Source of the DNA: the human T2T-CHM13v2.0 reference genome, Homo sapiens
NCBI RefSeq assembly: GCF_009914755.1
Contig: NC_060926.1
Reading direction: 5' to 3' (one strand)
DNA length: 64,000 nucleotides
Below are positions 15,631-30,479 of the stretch, piece by piece. Numbering within the stretch: the stretch's first letter is position 1; each line of letters starts with the position of its first letter. Position numbers and translations under genes: made by a program. The notes beneath the pieces were generated by a model. It ran no database searches. It was not told the DNA's origin and saw only the letters and a program-made list of their open reading frames with translations.

Positions 15631-16991
15631 CAAGACAGAATATCTAAAAATGAAACATTTACAGTGCATTTAAAATGAAGCAAGCATTTAGACATTCCCA
15701 TTTACAAAGAGTACTGGGGATTGTAAACATCAGCAGCATCTCTGAGGTCAAGTTTACAGGGTAATTATATTTCTGAAAATGGAGGCATATGGAATTTTTA
15801 TGGATCCGGTGTGCTGTGAGACTGAAGTCCAAATTTTGATAAATGAATTTCATGCAAAATACATTTATTCTAAGACGTTAAAAATGAAAAATGATATGCT
15901 TGATACTATAGCACCACAAAACTATGTTTCTCCTAACTGCTTCATTTTTTTCCCCAAACTGCAAAGTCAATTCTTATGCACAGAACAAAAAAAAAATATG
16001 CCTATGGTCTGAAAAGTAGCTAAACTCAATCCAAGAAGCATAACACTGAAAGTTTAAACACATTTTATATTTTAGCTTATTATCATTGTCATTATTCACT
16101 CTCTTTTGGTCATTTGAAATGTTTAGAAGTTTTAAAGAGGGGTGAAATAACATTATATAATTTATTGAAATATCCCTTTTTCCCATCTTGCTTCCCTACA
16201 TTTATTTTTTTGCATTTTCTTCTTCCCATTTGCTTTTTAATTCAAGTATAGACAGATATATGACATATGAATTTTTGTAGGATTTGCAAACTGATTAAGT
16301 GCATCAAAGAGGAAGAATTTTTTTTCTGATTCTTTTATATATTTCTTTACATTATTTTGAATTCACAGTTAAATTTTTGAAAGGTAGTGGTACTAATTTT
16401 TTTAAGGATGTGGAAGGAAACGAGAGTATAGCCCTGATTTAGGGAAACATTCATCAATTGGTATTGAAGAAGATTCTATCTTATTGCCATGAATCATCTA
16501 CTTTGGGGCATGTACACACACATATTGTGATATGGGGTAAGAAGCTTAAGTATTAAGGAAAAAGCACAACAAATTTTCTTTTAGGAATCAGTAATGTGTA
16601 AAACCAAGGAAATAACACAGGCCAAATGAAATAATGAATATCATTCAATATAACATGCATATTTTGATACACAATTAGATTTTACATTTCGTGATTCTAT
16701 GTGGAACATGAGAATGAGTAAGAACTTAAGTTCACTCTTAGCAGGAACCTCATGTTGTAATAGATCTCCTTTATTTGGAAATATTTTTAAGGATCGAAAA
16801 GAGCTAAAATATAAGAGAATTCCTCACAAATTATAAGTTATATTTTATGAAGATTGGTAGACTGAGCTGCCTTAAATTATTTCTGGAACAAGATGGGGTC
16901 TTAATAAATCAATTAATTCACTGACAACTCAATAAACAAATTATGTTGGCCTCTTAAGAGTTTATAACTTTAAAAAAGTCTTCTATTTATT

Positions 16992-17035
16992 CACACACAC
17001 ACACGCACACACTCACACGTATACACGCACACACA
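16992..17035. repeat. Imperfect (CA)n microsatellite
   Basis: Direct reading. Confidence 0.9.
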
Positions 17036-17749
17036 AACTCAATCATTATTTATGTGTACCCTGGAGAGATCAAAGAAGTAAGCAAATACTGTGAGAGCAG
17101 AATTTTCTAGGGTTCTGCCTTTTAGAATGGATTGATTTTGTGCCCACAACAAGAATATTCATTTGCAAACAGTTCATTTGAGTTCGGATTCTTTTTATTC
17201 AGTATTTACCATAATGAGTCAGATGGTTGTACTCATAATAGTGGCACTCATAGGATGTAGGAAAGAGTAGTATTCAGTAGAAAAACAGGGAAGAATTAAG
17301 CATAAATCAACGGAGTATCAGTGTATTCGATAGGAATGGCATAGTCATGTGCCTACAAAAGCATTATTTGCTTCAGAGTAAATAAGAAATTATTCAATGA
17401 ATCAATAAGTAGCAAAATAGATGAAAAAATGATATACATGTCTACATAAATGCATTAATAAAATAAACTTTCTTTCTGAAAAATAAAACACCTTGAACAT
17501 ATACTTCTTGAATAGTAGTTTTTACATGTTAGAAAAATACGTCATTTTTCTTACCACCTCTAAATGGCAAAACTCTGTTATTCTGTTATGAAACTCCCTG
17601 AAACCAAACAACAAACAGAGAATTCAATAGGGTCGATCTCCACAAATTGATTGGATCCTTGAAATGACCTGGGATGCCGATTAAACATGTAAATGCCCAG
17701 GTCTTACTTAGACCTAACTGAATCCAAATCTCCACAGGAGGGTTCTTAA

Positions 17750-18072
<323 letters not shown>

Positions 18073-18225
18073 GAAAGTCACTTATTCTGATTATTTTATA
18101 CCATGTTGGTAATTGTAACAACTACCTTCCTTTTTAAGGGTTGGGATAACAGAGCAACAATTCTGACCGGATGTTATTTTTAATTGTTTGGTCCAAAGAA
18201 GAATGGGAAAAAATTTAAGTTTCTA

Positions 18226-18522
<297 letters not shown>

Positions 18523-19098
18523 TTATTTTAAAAAGAATGTTAATGGTGTATAAATGGAAACTGAATCAATAAATCTGTGTTTAGAATATTGTTTTTACAT
18601 GCTATATACAGTTTTTAAAGTAATAATTTGACCTCCCAAAGTAAAATTTCCATTGCTTACAGTTATGCATATTGGCAGTGTATCTCTATTTCTGTGTATG
18701 TATTTACCACTGAAATATCTGCTCACTATCTTCCCACCCCAAGACTTAACTTTACATTGTTCAATGATGAAATCCTGTATTAACACTAAAGAAGTGTTTA
18801 TAAAACAATTGTTCATCTACTCAAAATAAGACATTAATTCCTCTTTATGTAATAGATTTAGACATACTTTCAGAGTATGTCTAAATAATTTCAGAAAATG
18901 ATTATAGGTATTTAGCTTTAATTTATACCTCAGACACCAAAGAACTGTAATAATTGAGGAATGTGTAAGTAAGGTTAGGAGATAGTAAAATGTAAAGAAT
19001 CAAACTAAACTAAAATTAGAAAAAGAAAGCAAACTCAGATGCCTTGGGTATCTGGGGAAAAGGTCTCTAAAAGTTAAATAACAACTACCCTGTTTAGA

Positions 19099-20200
19099 AT
19101 TGCTCACATCATGCACTCCATACTTGCAAAATACTAATATTACTTTGAGTGACAGAAAATTGAAAAATCGAGGAAACTACTTTTATTTTACTATAGTCCA
19201 CATTTTTGTAATTATTTACTTTTTTACTTATTTACTTTTTTTTACTTATTTACTTTTCCATTCTCTAAAGAATAAACATGCTTCCACATTTCGATCAGCT
19301 AATGAATATTATTTTACATTTTGGAGATCAAAGCTTTCCACTTTTATTTATAGTTTTAAATATTCTTTGCTGTTAATATTTATAATTATTTTCCATGGTT
19401 GTCAGGGTGTGTGTGTGTGTTTGTGTGTATGTATGCTCAATGATAAAGACTAAGATGTAACTCTTTCTCTCAAATTTTGTCCCCATCATAACTATCTTGA
19501 GTTGTTGATTACAATGTTAGCACAATGTCTTGACTGGCTTATAATATTTATTCAACGGATAGTAAAAGTTGTTTATATACAGCACTTTAATAGATTGTAT
19601 CTTTCAACTATCCTTTCTTATTAAGCTCCTTTCTCCTTTACATTTTTAAAACCTCCTATAACTTTTAAATTTTAATAGTGAAATTCGATGTACTTTTTAT
19701 AAAACATTATTAGAAAATCAATGATGATATTAAGTTTGGAGATATTTTGAACTTAAATAGACAAATTTAAAAAATTCTTATGCAAATTGACTTTTAATTG
19801 TTCATAAATAAGAACATCACACAGATGACATCAGAGAAATCTTTTACTCTTATAACGTGAATTTAAATTATTGATGTTATAATTTTATCAATGTCCTTCT
19901 AAACCTGAATTTTTTTTGTCCATTTATTAACCAGCACTACACGTACAGTGGTGGACGAGTTCCTAAAACATCAGCCCTGTGACGTGTAGTTCAATTATAG
20001 CACCAGAGACAAGAACAGAACCTCCTGGCACAACAGCATTTGTATCCTATACACCCAAGCTATTAACAAGTCACACAACTCTTATCTTTTAATTGTGATA
20101 ACATCTGATAAAAATGAAAGTTTCATTGGATTGTTCACATCATGCCCTCCATACTTGCAAAATACTAATATTATTTTGAGTGACAGACAATTGAAAAATC
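19099..20200. repeat. Dispersed 71-bp direct repeat, copies at 19099-19169 and 20130-20200
   Basis: 67/71 identical by manual alignment. Confidence 0.93.
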
Positions 20201-20390
20201 AAAGTATGTATTCTGTAATACCTCACACCATCATCGGAGGTATTTTTATTGAGCTTATCTTTGGAAATAAGGATGGAAGCATGATTTCCCCAGAATCAGT
20301 AAATCAATAAGAGTGATAGTTTTGACTTAATGCACACACAATGCTCCTCTTGAAATCTGTGAGCCCTGCAGCTTTAAACATATCCACTTA

Positions 20391-20525
<135 letters not shown>

Positions 20526-21206
20526 TTAGTATTAGTGCTGATTTTTCTTGAAATATGGTGAAAATGTGTTGAAAGTTGGGAAGTGAGAAAGGGGTAGTGA
20601 ACATTTCTATTTTTTAAGCACTCTATTACATATGTATTCTTCCAAGATTGAGTGTCCTACCCAATAAAACTGTATATGTTGAAACGTTTCAATGACTCAG
20701 TTTGATTTATTCTTATAAATGCAAAAATGTAGTCTAACTAGATAAAGAGAAAAATACAGTTTCAATTTCTCTGAAATCTTTTACGTCTTCATCTGTTCAC
20801 TTACGACATCAGTGTCACCCTTGTATTCTAAGACATTTATATACATATCTAGCCTTTCTCATTAGATTTTGCATTATTTTACGGTAAGTCCATGTCTGAT
20901 TCATATCTATGGGTCCCATATTACCTATAAGACAATGTTGAACACATTACATGCTTAATATGTATGTGCTAAATAAATGCTACATGTTATCTATTTTCAA
21001 TAGTACTTCTTTTGAAGAAGTAAACAGAAAAACATAGTTTCAAAGATCAGTTGACACTTGCAAGAGTCGTAATGTCAAACTTTCAAAGATACTCATTTTG
21101 TAATTCCATGGGCTTTCAAAATGTGCATAAAAGCTAAAAAGACACCATCTTTAAAAATAACATGAGTTTTTACAAACTAAAATCTGCTTTGAAAATTAGT
21201 TGCTGA

Positions 21207-21539
<333 letters not shown>

Positions 21540-21546
21540 AATCTTA

Positions 21547-21687
<141 letters not shown>

Positions 21688-24600
21688 TCAAGAAGAGATG
21701 TAGCCAAATTTAAATTTTACTAAAGGATTGAAAATATGAGAAATGTGACAATATTTTATTCAAATTTAATTTTAATTAGCAGTAGGGGTGTTATCAATGC
21801 ATGTTTAAATTAATCTGTGCTAGATGTGGAGGAGGAATAATAGGTGTTTTGTGGAAATTTTTGATGTCACAAAATATGAGATTTTCATCAAAGCCTATTC
21901 CAGATCTATAAGATTATTCAGCTTCAACTATTCTGATGAAATTCCCAAAGACAGCAAGCTCATGTATGAACCATTTTACATTATTTTGTTTTAAAAGTTT
22001 ATTCTTGATTTGGAAGAATATATATAGTCTAGAAATACATTATATTATAGTGAGAACAACTGGCATTTCCGCTCCTCAAAGAAGTATACATTGCTATTAG
22101 TACCTGGAATTCGTAAGAAGGACAGAAACAAACACAAATAAAATTGACATCTTTTTTTTCTGTAGCTCTACATTTATCTACTTGTGAATTTTCATAATAT
22201 TTATAACATTGTCCAGAAGTCTCTCTTCATACAGATTACTTAGAACCATCTTGTTCCTATCTAGCTTATTCATATTCACGTTTATAACACAGGAACTATT
22301 CGCTTCCAAGTATATGAATTCAAGCAAGACTTCCAGTTTTTTTTTTAAAGAAATCCACAGTAAGTTTTAAAATTTTATTACATTAAAAGACATTTCATAC
22401 TATCCTAGGTAGAGACCTCATATTAATATATACCATTTACAGAGAGATTAAATTTTATCCATTGGCTACTTCTTCAAGACAGATCAAAACTTCTAAGAAC
22501 AGTGATCTTAGGCTTTTTTAGAAGTATGTATCTACCTGTAGCAGCCAAACAAATTTTATTCTTACTGTGGACATCTCTTCTTTTACCAGTCTCTGAGAAC
22601 ATTCCTTTTTGGTATGGCGAATAACCATTAGTGATCCACTATATGCAGCCTTAATAGGGCTATCAATCAACGTGTTCCACAATCCCCTGACAAACAGATA
22701 GGCATATGGCCTATGTCCTGGGGATTTGTGTCTGAATCCATTGGCATTTATTCATGCCAGCATTCAAGTCTTGAAAAGAGTATCAGTTCCAGCAACCGTG
22801 ATCTCTGGAACCACCTTGTACTGGCTTCCTGAACTTGGTTCATCAGCATATTCTTCTCTACTGGAAACCATTCCACATCTTAAAAAAACAAAAAAAAAAA
22901 AAACAAAAAAAACTTTGCTTGATTAAATTAGTGTTTCAAACTAAGAAGTGCAATCAATACAATGTACTGCTAGTTTAACATGGAGTGCTTTATACTAGGC
23001 TCAAATACTGGATATTGCTGAGGTTGGAGAAACACTATAAATGTGTTTCCCTATAATTCACACATAAACTATTGATTAAAATTTTCTCAATGTCATATTA
23101 ATATCTCACAAAAGCTTAAAGTCTCAATGAAATGTTCTAGCAACTTTCTCTATTTACAAGCAAAGATATATGGAACAAATAACTATGCTTTTGATGAACA
23201 TGAAGCCAAAAATGAAGTGTATCATGTAGGAAAACTCTTGCCTTCACTTTTTAATGCGCAAAGAATTTTGTATACAGAGGAAATATCAGCTCTGCAGTAC
23301 AAGAATAAGCTTTCAACATTTGTTCTTTGATGAAAAGCAGAGTATAGGACAGCTCAGGTCGTATAATCAAATATCCTGGCTTTATTGAGAAAAACTCAAA
23401 ATTCAGGGCAAGCACACAATAATGGGGTCAGTCCGGACCTTTACTGAGAACACTTCCATGTTGCCAGGAATGAAATGAATTCTGGAATGTTAACATGAAG
23501 CCCAGTGGACCACAGATATTTTATACAGTTAATTTTAGAGACTCAGGACCCTTGTCAAATAAGTTGACAGAATTCCACTCACTGATTTCAAAGTATGTCT
23601 TGGGAGTTGCATCCTATAGCCACTCGAAATACATAGTACTTTAAAACAGTTAACTTCCCTAACTAAATTCGGAGCCATGCAAAAGAACATTACGTCTACC
23701 CTGTCATTGTGTTTGGTGATCCAAAATAAAGCTCAGGAAAAAGAGAGAGAAACATATTTTCATTTCCACTGAAATCACTTTATTTTATCATCGAGTTTAT
23801 TATTTCCCTTCCATTGTCTAGCACCATTGCAGGCTACTATGTAAACCCTTTCTTGCCAGTGTCTCATTGTGACACAACATGAACATGCTTATTTGGTGAG
23901 CATTTGGTTACTCTAAGCACATGCACATCAATAATGTAAAACATAACAAAACATGAAAGAAAAGTTTTCCTAACGATAACCCTAAGCACTAAGCTTTCCT
24001 GCAGTTCCCATTCTAAATAAGAAAATGAGTGCCCACTGCTATTTCTGGCAATGGTACTCTTGTACTATAAACTAAACATGCCAATTAACTTTCTTGAGCC
24101 TAATTATATATTAAAATTTTAATTGATGAATTGCCAGTAAATATATTTTGTGGAGAAACTTGTTTTTAAAAAGCGTAACAACCTCATTAAATTATTATTT
24201 TTGCATTTTATCAGTTAAAAACATCTCAGCTATTTTAATCAAACCATATGACCTTATCAAAAGCTGGTTAGTAAAATATTATGGGTAATGGAAATTGAGG
24301 TAAAACATTTCTTTAATTCACTGTAAGTTTTCTGCTTATAATACTCTGTATTGTTCACCTTTAAAATATCTCTATCTTTATACACACACACACATACACA
24401 CACAAACACACATTACATTCATGACCACACTTGTATCTATACATATATAACATGTCTAATTCTACTGAATTAATTCTATAGCCATACTTTCCTAAGATGA
24501 AACAGAAAGGCTTCAGAATATATGTTTCATGCTGGCATGACAGTGAGAATAAAGAATACATCATAATTCATTTATATGTTTGTCCTGGAAAATACCTTAT

Positions 24601-24897
24601 AAATTATACTTGAGACCCAATTATAATTATTATTTTAAATATTCCAGGTTTAAGCGCTATGATTAAAGACAAATAATCCCCTGAACTAAGAAGCATGACT
24701 CATTGTAAGGAAAATTTTGCCTTTATTTGGTTTCCAAAAGAGTCTATATAAGACTATAATCAAGTCTATAAAATTAATATTTGTTGCACAACATGCTGTG
24801 CTATAAACTAGACATAGGCACTGTGATTTTTCCTTTCCACTGCCTTCTTCTCCTCCTGTTTTGTTTTTTATTGATTTTCATTTCTCTCTGTTTCCAT

Positions 24898-24900
<3 letters not shown>

Positions 24901-24932
<32 letters not shown>
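24901..24932. repeat. (TC)n microsatellite
   Basis: Direct reading. Confidence 0.95.
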
Positions 24933-24939
<7 letters not shown>

Positions 24940-25503
24940 TTCCCTCCTTCCCTGCACTTCCAACCTTCTATTTTATACCATTTGTTAAGGTTTTACAATA
25001 TGCCAGGCACTGGGCTGAGCAATTCAAAACAACTTTTGTTTTTAATCACCACAATAATCATAGGAAATAGGTATTTATTGTTAATCCATTTCTCAAGTTT
25101 TTTTATTGGAGGAAACCTAGTGTTTGACGTGAGAGAAAGCCATGCAACTCAACACAAACCCTCCGTGGTGGAGCTGCAAATCACACTCCAGTCTACTCTG
25201 GATCAAATTATCCAAGAAGAAATCCTAACTCTCATTTTCTAAGTTTATGTTTAAGACAAACTTGGTTTACCTTTCTACTTCTAATCCATGTAAGCTGATT
25301 TTCCATAAGTAATTTTTCACCTGGATGAATGAGCAATATTTTTCTCCTTAGAAGTCTGGGTTAGTCTAAAGTGGTATTCTTCCCATAAACTTGTAAATGC
25401 ATGGTCCTTACTGCCTGATGCATTTTTATTCATTGGACTACCTGTTTCCATTTTTTATTGCATTTATTTATTAAACTTTCCTCCACTCTGGGCCGGAGGT
25501 GAC

Positions 25504-25582
25504 TATATATATGCGTGTGTGTGTGTATATATATATATACACACACATATATATATATATATACACATACATATATATATAC

Positions 25583-25612
<30 letters not shown>
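25504..25612. repeat. Compound (TA)/(TG)/(CA)/(GA) microsatellite
   Basis: Direct reading. Confidence 0.95.
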
Positions 25613-25613
<1 letters not shown>

Positions 25614-26075
25614 TAATTTTATAACTAGTAGAAATCTAGAGTTTTAATAATTATGTTCTATGATGAACCAAGACTAAAATAACTATTCTGAACCTCACTA
25701 GATAGAACATTTTTGAAACCTTTCTACCCATGTTTTATCTGTAAGAATTTTAGCCTTGGCAGGTCACTTTTGGTGGTTTGCAATCTTTCTACTATCACAA
25801 AATTCTTGCAGTGTTTCTCAATGGGGGCAGCACCACCCCACGAACAGGAAGTTGGCACATCTGGAGAGCTGTTTCAGTTGTAACAGAGACTGGGTGATCC
25901 TATAGTTTACAGCAGTTATCACAAGGTTGTTAACTGTCTCTTAAATCAAAGGATTGAGTCATGTTTTATACAACCTTAAAATGTCCTACTAGACATTTAG
26001 GACCTCATATGTGCAAACTTCATGCTTGGTCATACTTTGGCCAGGTATAATTCCCTAGTTGTGTTGCTCCAATTT

Positions 26076-26108
26076 CACTTGATCTTAGCCAAAAAGTCGA
26101 GAAGCAAT
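26076..26108 (-). pseudogene. 3'-truncated U2 snRNA retropseudogene (U2 nt 1-33)
   Basis: Minus strand attgcttctcgactttttggctaagatcaagtg versus U2 ATCGCTTCTCGGCCTTTTGGCTAAGATCAAGTG (30/33). Flanked by the direct repeat tt(g/a)ctccaatttca. Confidence 0.9.
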
Positions 26109-26870
26109 TTACTCCAATTTCAATGAAAGTCATTTCCCTCTTTCTTTTGTCATATAACAATGTGTCTGGCTAGTGGTTTTCTATTCCAGTGGTCAGCTGT
26201 TCCTCTGCTTTTTATTTCCTGGTACTTCTTACACAAAAATGCCTTCTAATCTCATTTTTCATAAATCCAAACTTTCGTATAATTGGAAACTTGGCATTCC
26301 CCTAACAATATTTTATTGTACCTTACTTTTTTGTATTTCTTTTAAAATTACAACTAGAGAATTATAATAATTAAAACAATATATATTTAGGTTACATTAT
26401 CTATAAATTTTATTTCAGAATTGAAAAGTGGCAATTTTTTAATATATAAAAGTGGAATGTTGTGCCTGATAAGGATAAAAACCACTTGTCTAATGCAATT
26501 CATGTGAATATGATTTCAAATCATTCCCCACAGTGAAAGGCTTGAGGCTAATTCATTTATTATTTCTAGGTGAAAGCACGCAATGTGAGTCAAGTGGCTC
26601 TATCTTCTTATTTCTCAGAAGACATTATTAGCATAATATAATCTTACATTCATGTGGTATTTGGTTTTAAATATAGTCAAATTGTGGGTATATTGCCTTA
26701 CTAAATGTCATATATGCATTAAATTATGAAGAAGCACCTAAATATTGTCCCAGGTCTCCTATGCAATGGGGCAAGGAGGGTAAGACAGCAATGTAAATGG
26801 ACTCAGAAGGCCAGTGGGGACTATGGTAAAGTTGATTAAGGGTGTCCCATCTCAAAATGACTAGTGTTAC

Positions 26871-27237
26871 TGATTTGCTTTGGCTATGTCCTCATCAAAA
26901 TATCATATTGAATTGTAGCTCCTACAATTCCCACGTGTTGTGGGAGGGACCCAGTGGGAGGAAACTGAATCATGGGAGTGGGTCTTTCCCACGCTGTTCT
27001 CATGATAGTGAATAATTCTCGTGAGATCTGATGGTTTTATACAGGGGAGTTTCCCTACACAAACTGTCTCTTGCCTGCCACCATGTAAGACATGCTTTTC
27101 TCCTCCTTGGCCTTCCATCATGATTGTGAGGCCTCCCCAGCCATGTGGGACTGTGAGTCCACCGAACCTCTTTTTTCTTTGTAAATTACCCAGTCTCGGG
27201 TGTGTCTTTATTAACAGCATGATAACTGACTAATACG
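26871..27237 (+). mobile_element. THE1-type MaLR solo LTR
   Basis: Matches recalled THE1 consensus (ttgaattgtagctcc...gggagggacccagtgggagg...actaatac); TSD gttac/gctac. Confidence 0.88.
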
Positions 27238-28339
27238 GCTACCCAGTTCCAACAAATTGTTGCCATGTAGGAATATGGGCCGACAATGACCAAGTCTATA
27301 CATTTTAAAAGGCAAGTAAAAAAAAAAAAACATTTCTTAAGACAGATACAACAATTATGGGGTGGCAGCTACATACATACTATTATACTATCTAACATGG
27401 GGCTGTATTAAAAGCTACCTATTAAAATAAACAGATATTTAGCAATAATACATATAATAATTGATTTGAATGAAAAGAAACACTTTGTTCTATTGTTCTT
27501 GCCATTCCTATTTGGACATATTTATTCATAATATGTCAAATTAGTTTGCTTTTAGAAATGATCTGATACATGTTCAGAGTAAGATTTTGAATTAAAATAT
27601 ATGAGAGATATTCTTTATCTGTAGCCTGCAGCACTAACATTTAGGGATTAAGTAGTAATATAGACAAATAGATAACATACAATGTTAAAATACTGACATT
27701 CAAAGAATACAAACTTGTTTGTTTTCCAGTTAAAACGAGTAGGGGGTCCTGTAATGAAGGAGCCCAGATAAATCACGTTGCAATTTGTATTACCAAAATG
27801 AAATTCATTTAGCAGCATCTCTTACAGTGGTGCTAACTTCCCAACTTAAGGGAAACAAGACGAAAATAACACATCAGGACAAAGAATTTCTGGAAGAAGC
27901 TCAGGGGAATTTCAACATACTGATTAGTTTTATGTGAGACTTTTTAAAGGATATTAATTCATGTTTTCTCAAGCTAATCCATTAGAAGTTTGAATGAATT
28001 TTCCCACCTCAACCAATGATACTTTTTTCCCTAAACATATCTAAAAATAAGTCAAGCTTGCTGAAAACTGTGGATTTGAGGAGGATGTCCTAAAATATAA
28101 TTTAGTTTAAATACAAATTTATATTTTTGACCTTAGTCACCAAACTAAAGTTTGAGCACATTCCAAAACTAGTATACTGTCATTGCTGGTGAAATCAGGC
28201 CCCTGCTTTTGTTGGTGAGGAGCATTAATGAAAGGTGAAACTCTTCAGCTTCCAGAGGAATCAAATAAACAAAACTAAAGAATCTCTTCAGTTTTGTCTA
28301 CACTTTGTAAAATAACTTGCACAAAAATTTAATACTGAC

Positions 28340-28466
28340 CCATGAATACCAGTGACTAGAAAGATCAAATTCCCATTGATCTTGGTACAGTTTATGAATT
28401 TGTCAATGTTACTGGAATCCACAGTCTGAGCTGACATCAATGATCCTGTGCCAATGCCATCACAAG
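28340..28466 (-). CDS. ERBB4: ERBB4 exon 9 (127 nt): (A)[41 protein letters not shown](G), start of domain III (L2)
   Basis: Acceptor tttctacag|CT, donor TGG|gtcagt. Lies within ORF 28288-28518. Confidence 0.97.
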
Positions 28467-29816
28467 CTGTAGAAACAAGACTCAGAGTTAGGGGATTGAG
28501 AAACTTATTTTTGGCCAATAAATCATTGCATCTTCATTATAAAATAGCAGAGTATTTTTAATTGTAACATATAAAATATATTACAAATTTTGTTTTCTAA
28601 AAAGTAAAATAATTATTCATTCGTTCAACATTCACTACTGGTTCTGCTTTAAAAACTTGTCCCTGCATTAAAATCGAATGACGATGACTCATCAGAGAAA
28701 TTACATTTTATATCAAGACCCAGTATACACACATAACACATACATAAGTCTTACAGAAATTTTATAAATCAATACTCCTCCTAACAACATAAAATTATCT
28801 ATTTTCTACTTTCTTTGAAAATATCATTTTTAATGATTTTGAAATGCTGGTAACTTTAGCAAAATGATTTCATGGCCTACATACTAATGGTCTACAACCT
28901 GCAATTTTAAAAACAGTGGTCTAATGGAGAATATATGCAAATAAAGAGTTCTAATGATGTGAATTATAACCAAAATCAAGGGCCATTCAAATATTTATGC
29001 TTAAATTGAACATGCTTTCTGAAGCTTCTAATTTAAACAAACAAACAAAACAATTTTTGTGTGTGGGTGGGGGGGGATGTATAGAGAAAGAGAGAGGGGA
29101 TAAGGAAGAAACAGAGAGGGAGAGAGAGAAAACATCATCTAAAAGTAAGTGTGGAGTTTGTCCTTTTCTAGGGCACTCCCTGATACTTTGAAAAGTTTAA
29201 TAACATTCAGGAGATTTAGACTTTATTTTCATCTTGCTTAATTTAGGTTTCATTCTGGTGAGGAATTAGACTACCCACAGCTGGAAGAGATTCCTTCCTC
29301 CGCTAAAATTCTATGGCATGAATTATCTGATATATTTATTTTAAACTTATGGTAAAGTTTCTTGTCATTTCATAGATCTCATCTTTCAAAATACATTTTC
29401 AAGATCTGGAAAGTAAATTTCATGCCCCTCTGGATCTCTTTTTATGCTTAGCAGATAATTTTGTATATAGTGGCAAGCAACTAATATGTGTTGTGATGCC
29501 AACATAACCGTGTGAACTCTTGTTTTTTACAAAGCTTTTAAGATTTGCTATTGACAGAGTAACAGGCAACTTTATTTCTGAGTTCCTATCAATGTTACAT
29601 GTGCGTTTTTTTCTGGGCCATTTTAGTAGATAAAATTCAAACTCAATAATATACAGTGCTATAAAAGTTCATATTTTGAGTAACTGTTCAAAATTATGGA
29701 AAGCGTGTGGGTAGGTTTGGTTGTGAGAGTGGGTTTATATTAAAAAGTTGGTCTACTTAAAAGTGAATTAAAAACCTTGTTATATAGGCCCAGTTCTAAC
29801 TAAATAATCTGAGCTA

Positions 29817-29942
<126 letters not shown>

Positions 29943-30479
29943 TTAAAAAAAAAAAAAAGGTAAAATAAGCATTAATGTTAACATTCAGCAAACAAGCTCA
30001 AAACAAGATATTTTAGGGTTTAAAAATGATTAGCATCATTGATAGTGTTTATGTATCTTACCCTTAAACAACTCTTTGTTTAAATATCTCAACCTGAAAT
30101 TGTATTTCCAGTCAAATGCAATGTGTGTTAACAACAACTAGTACTTGCTTGGTTACTGCTCCACATATTGAATTGCCCCCAAGATAGAGTAGATTTCTTT
30201 TATATACTTAGGAAACTACGTGACATTTAGCTTGTGTGTGTCAATAGTTCCACTTCATTTCATGACATGACGCAAGTTTGAAGTCCAAAAATACTTCAAG
30301 TCCATGAAGCACAAATGAAGCTTAAGTTGAACTGCCTTGGATCAGAGTACATTTCACATCCAGGAGAAAATGCTCAAAATGTGTTCTATTTTTCAGTGGA
30401 GTGCCACAAAACCTTTCTCATATTTTTATACGAAGAAACGAAATAAAATTGGAAAGGGTAGTACTTTGGAAAAGGTATA

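Noticed and set aside
28288-28339. Read-through of the suboptimal exon 9 donor (GG|gtcagt) adding [16 protein letters not shown]-stop
   Set aside because: A 16-codon open stretch is expected by chance, and I saw no AATAAA close downstream on the minus strand.
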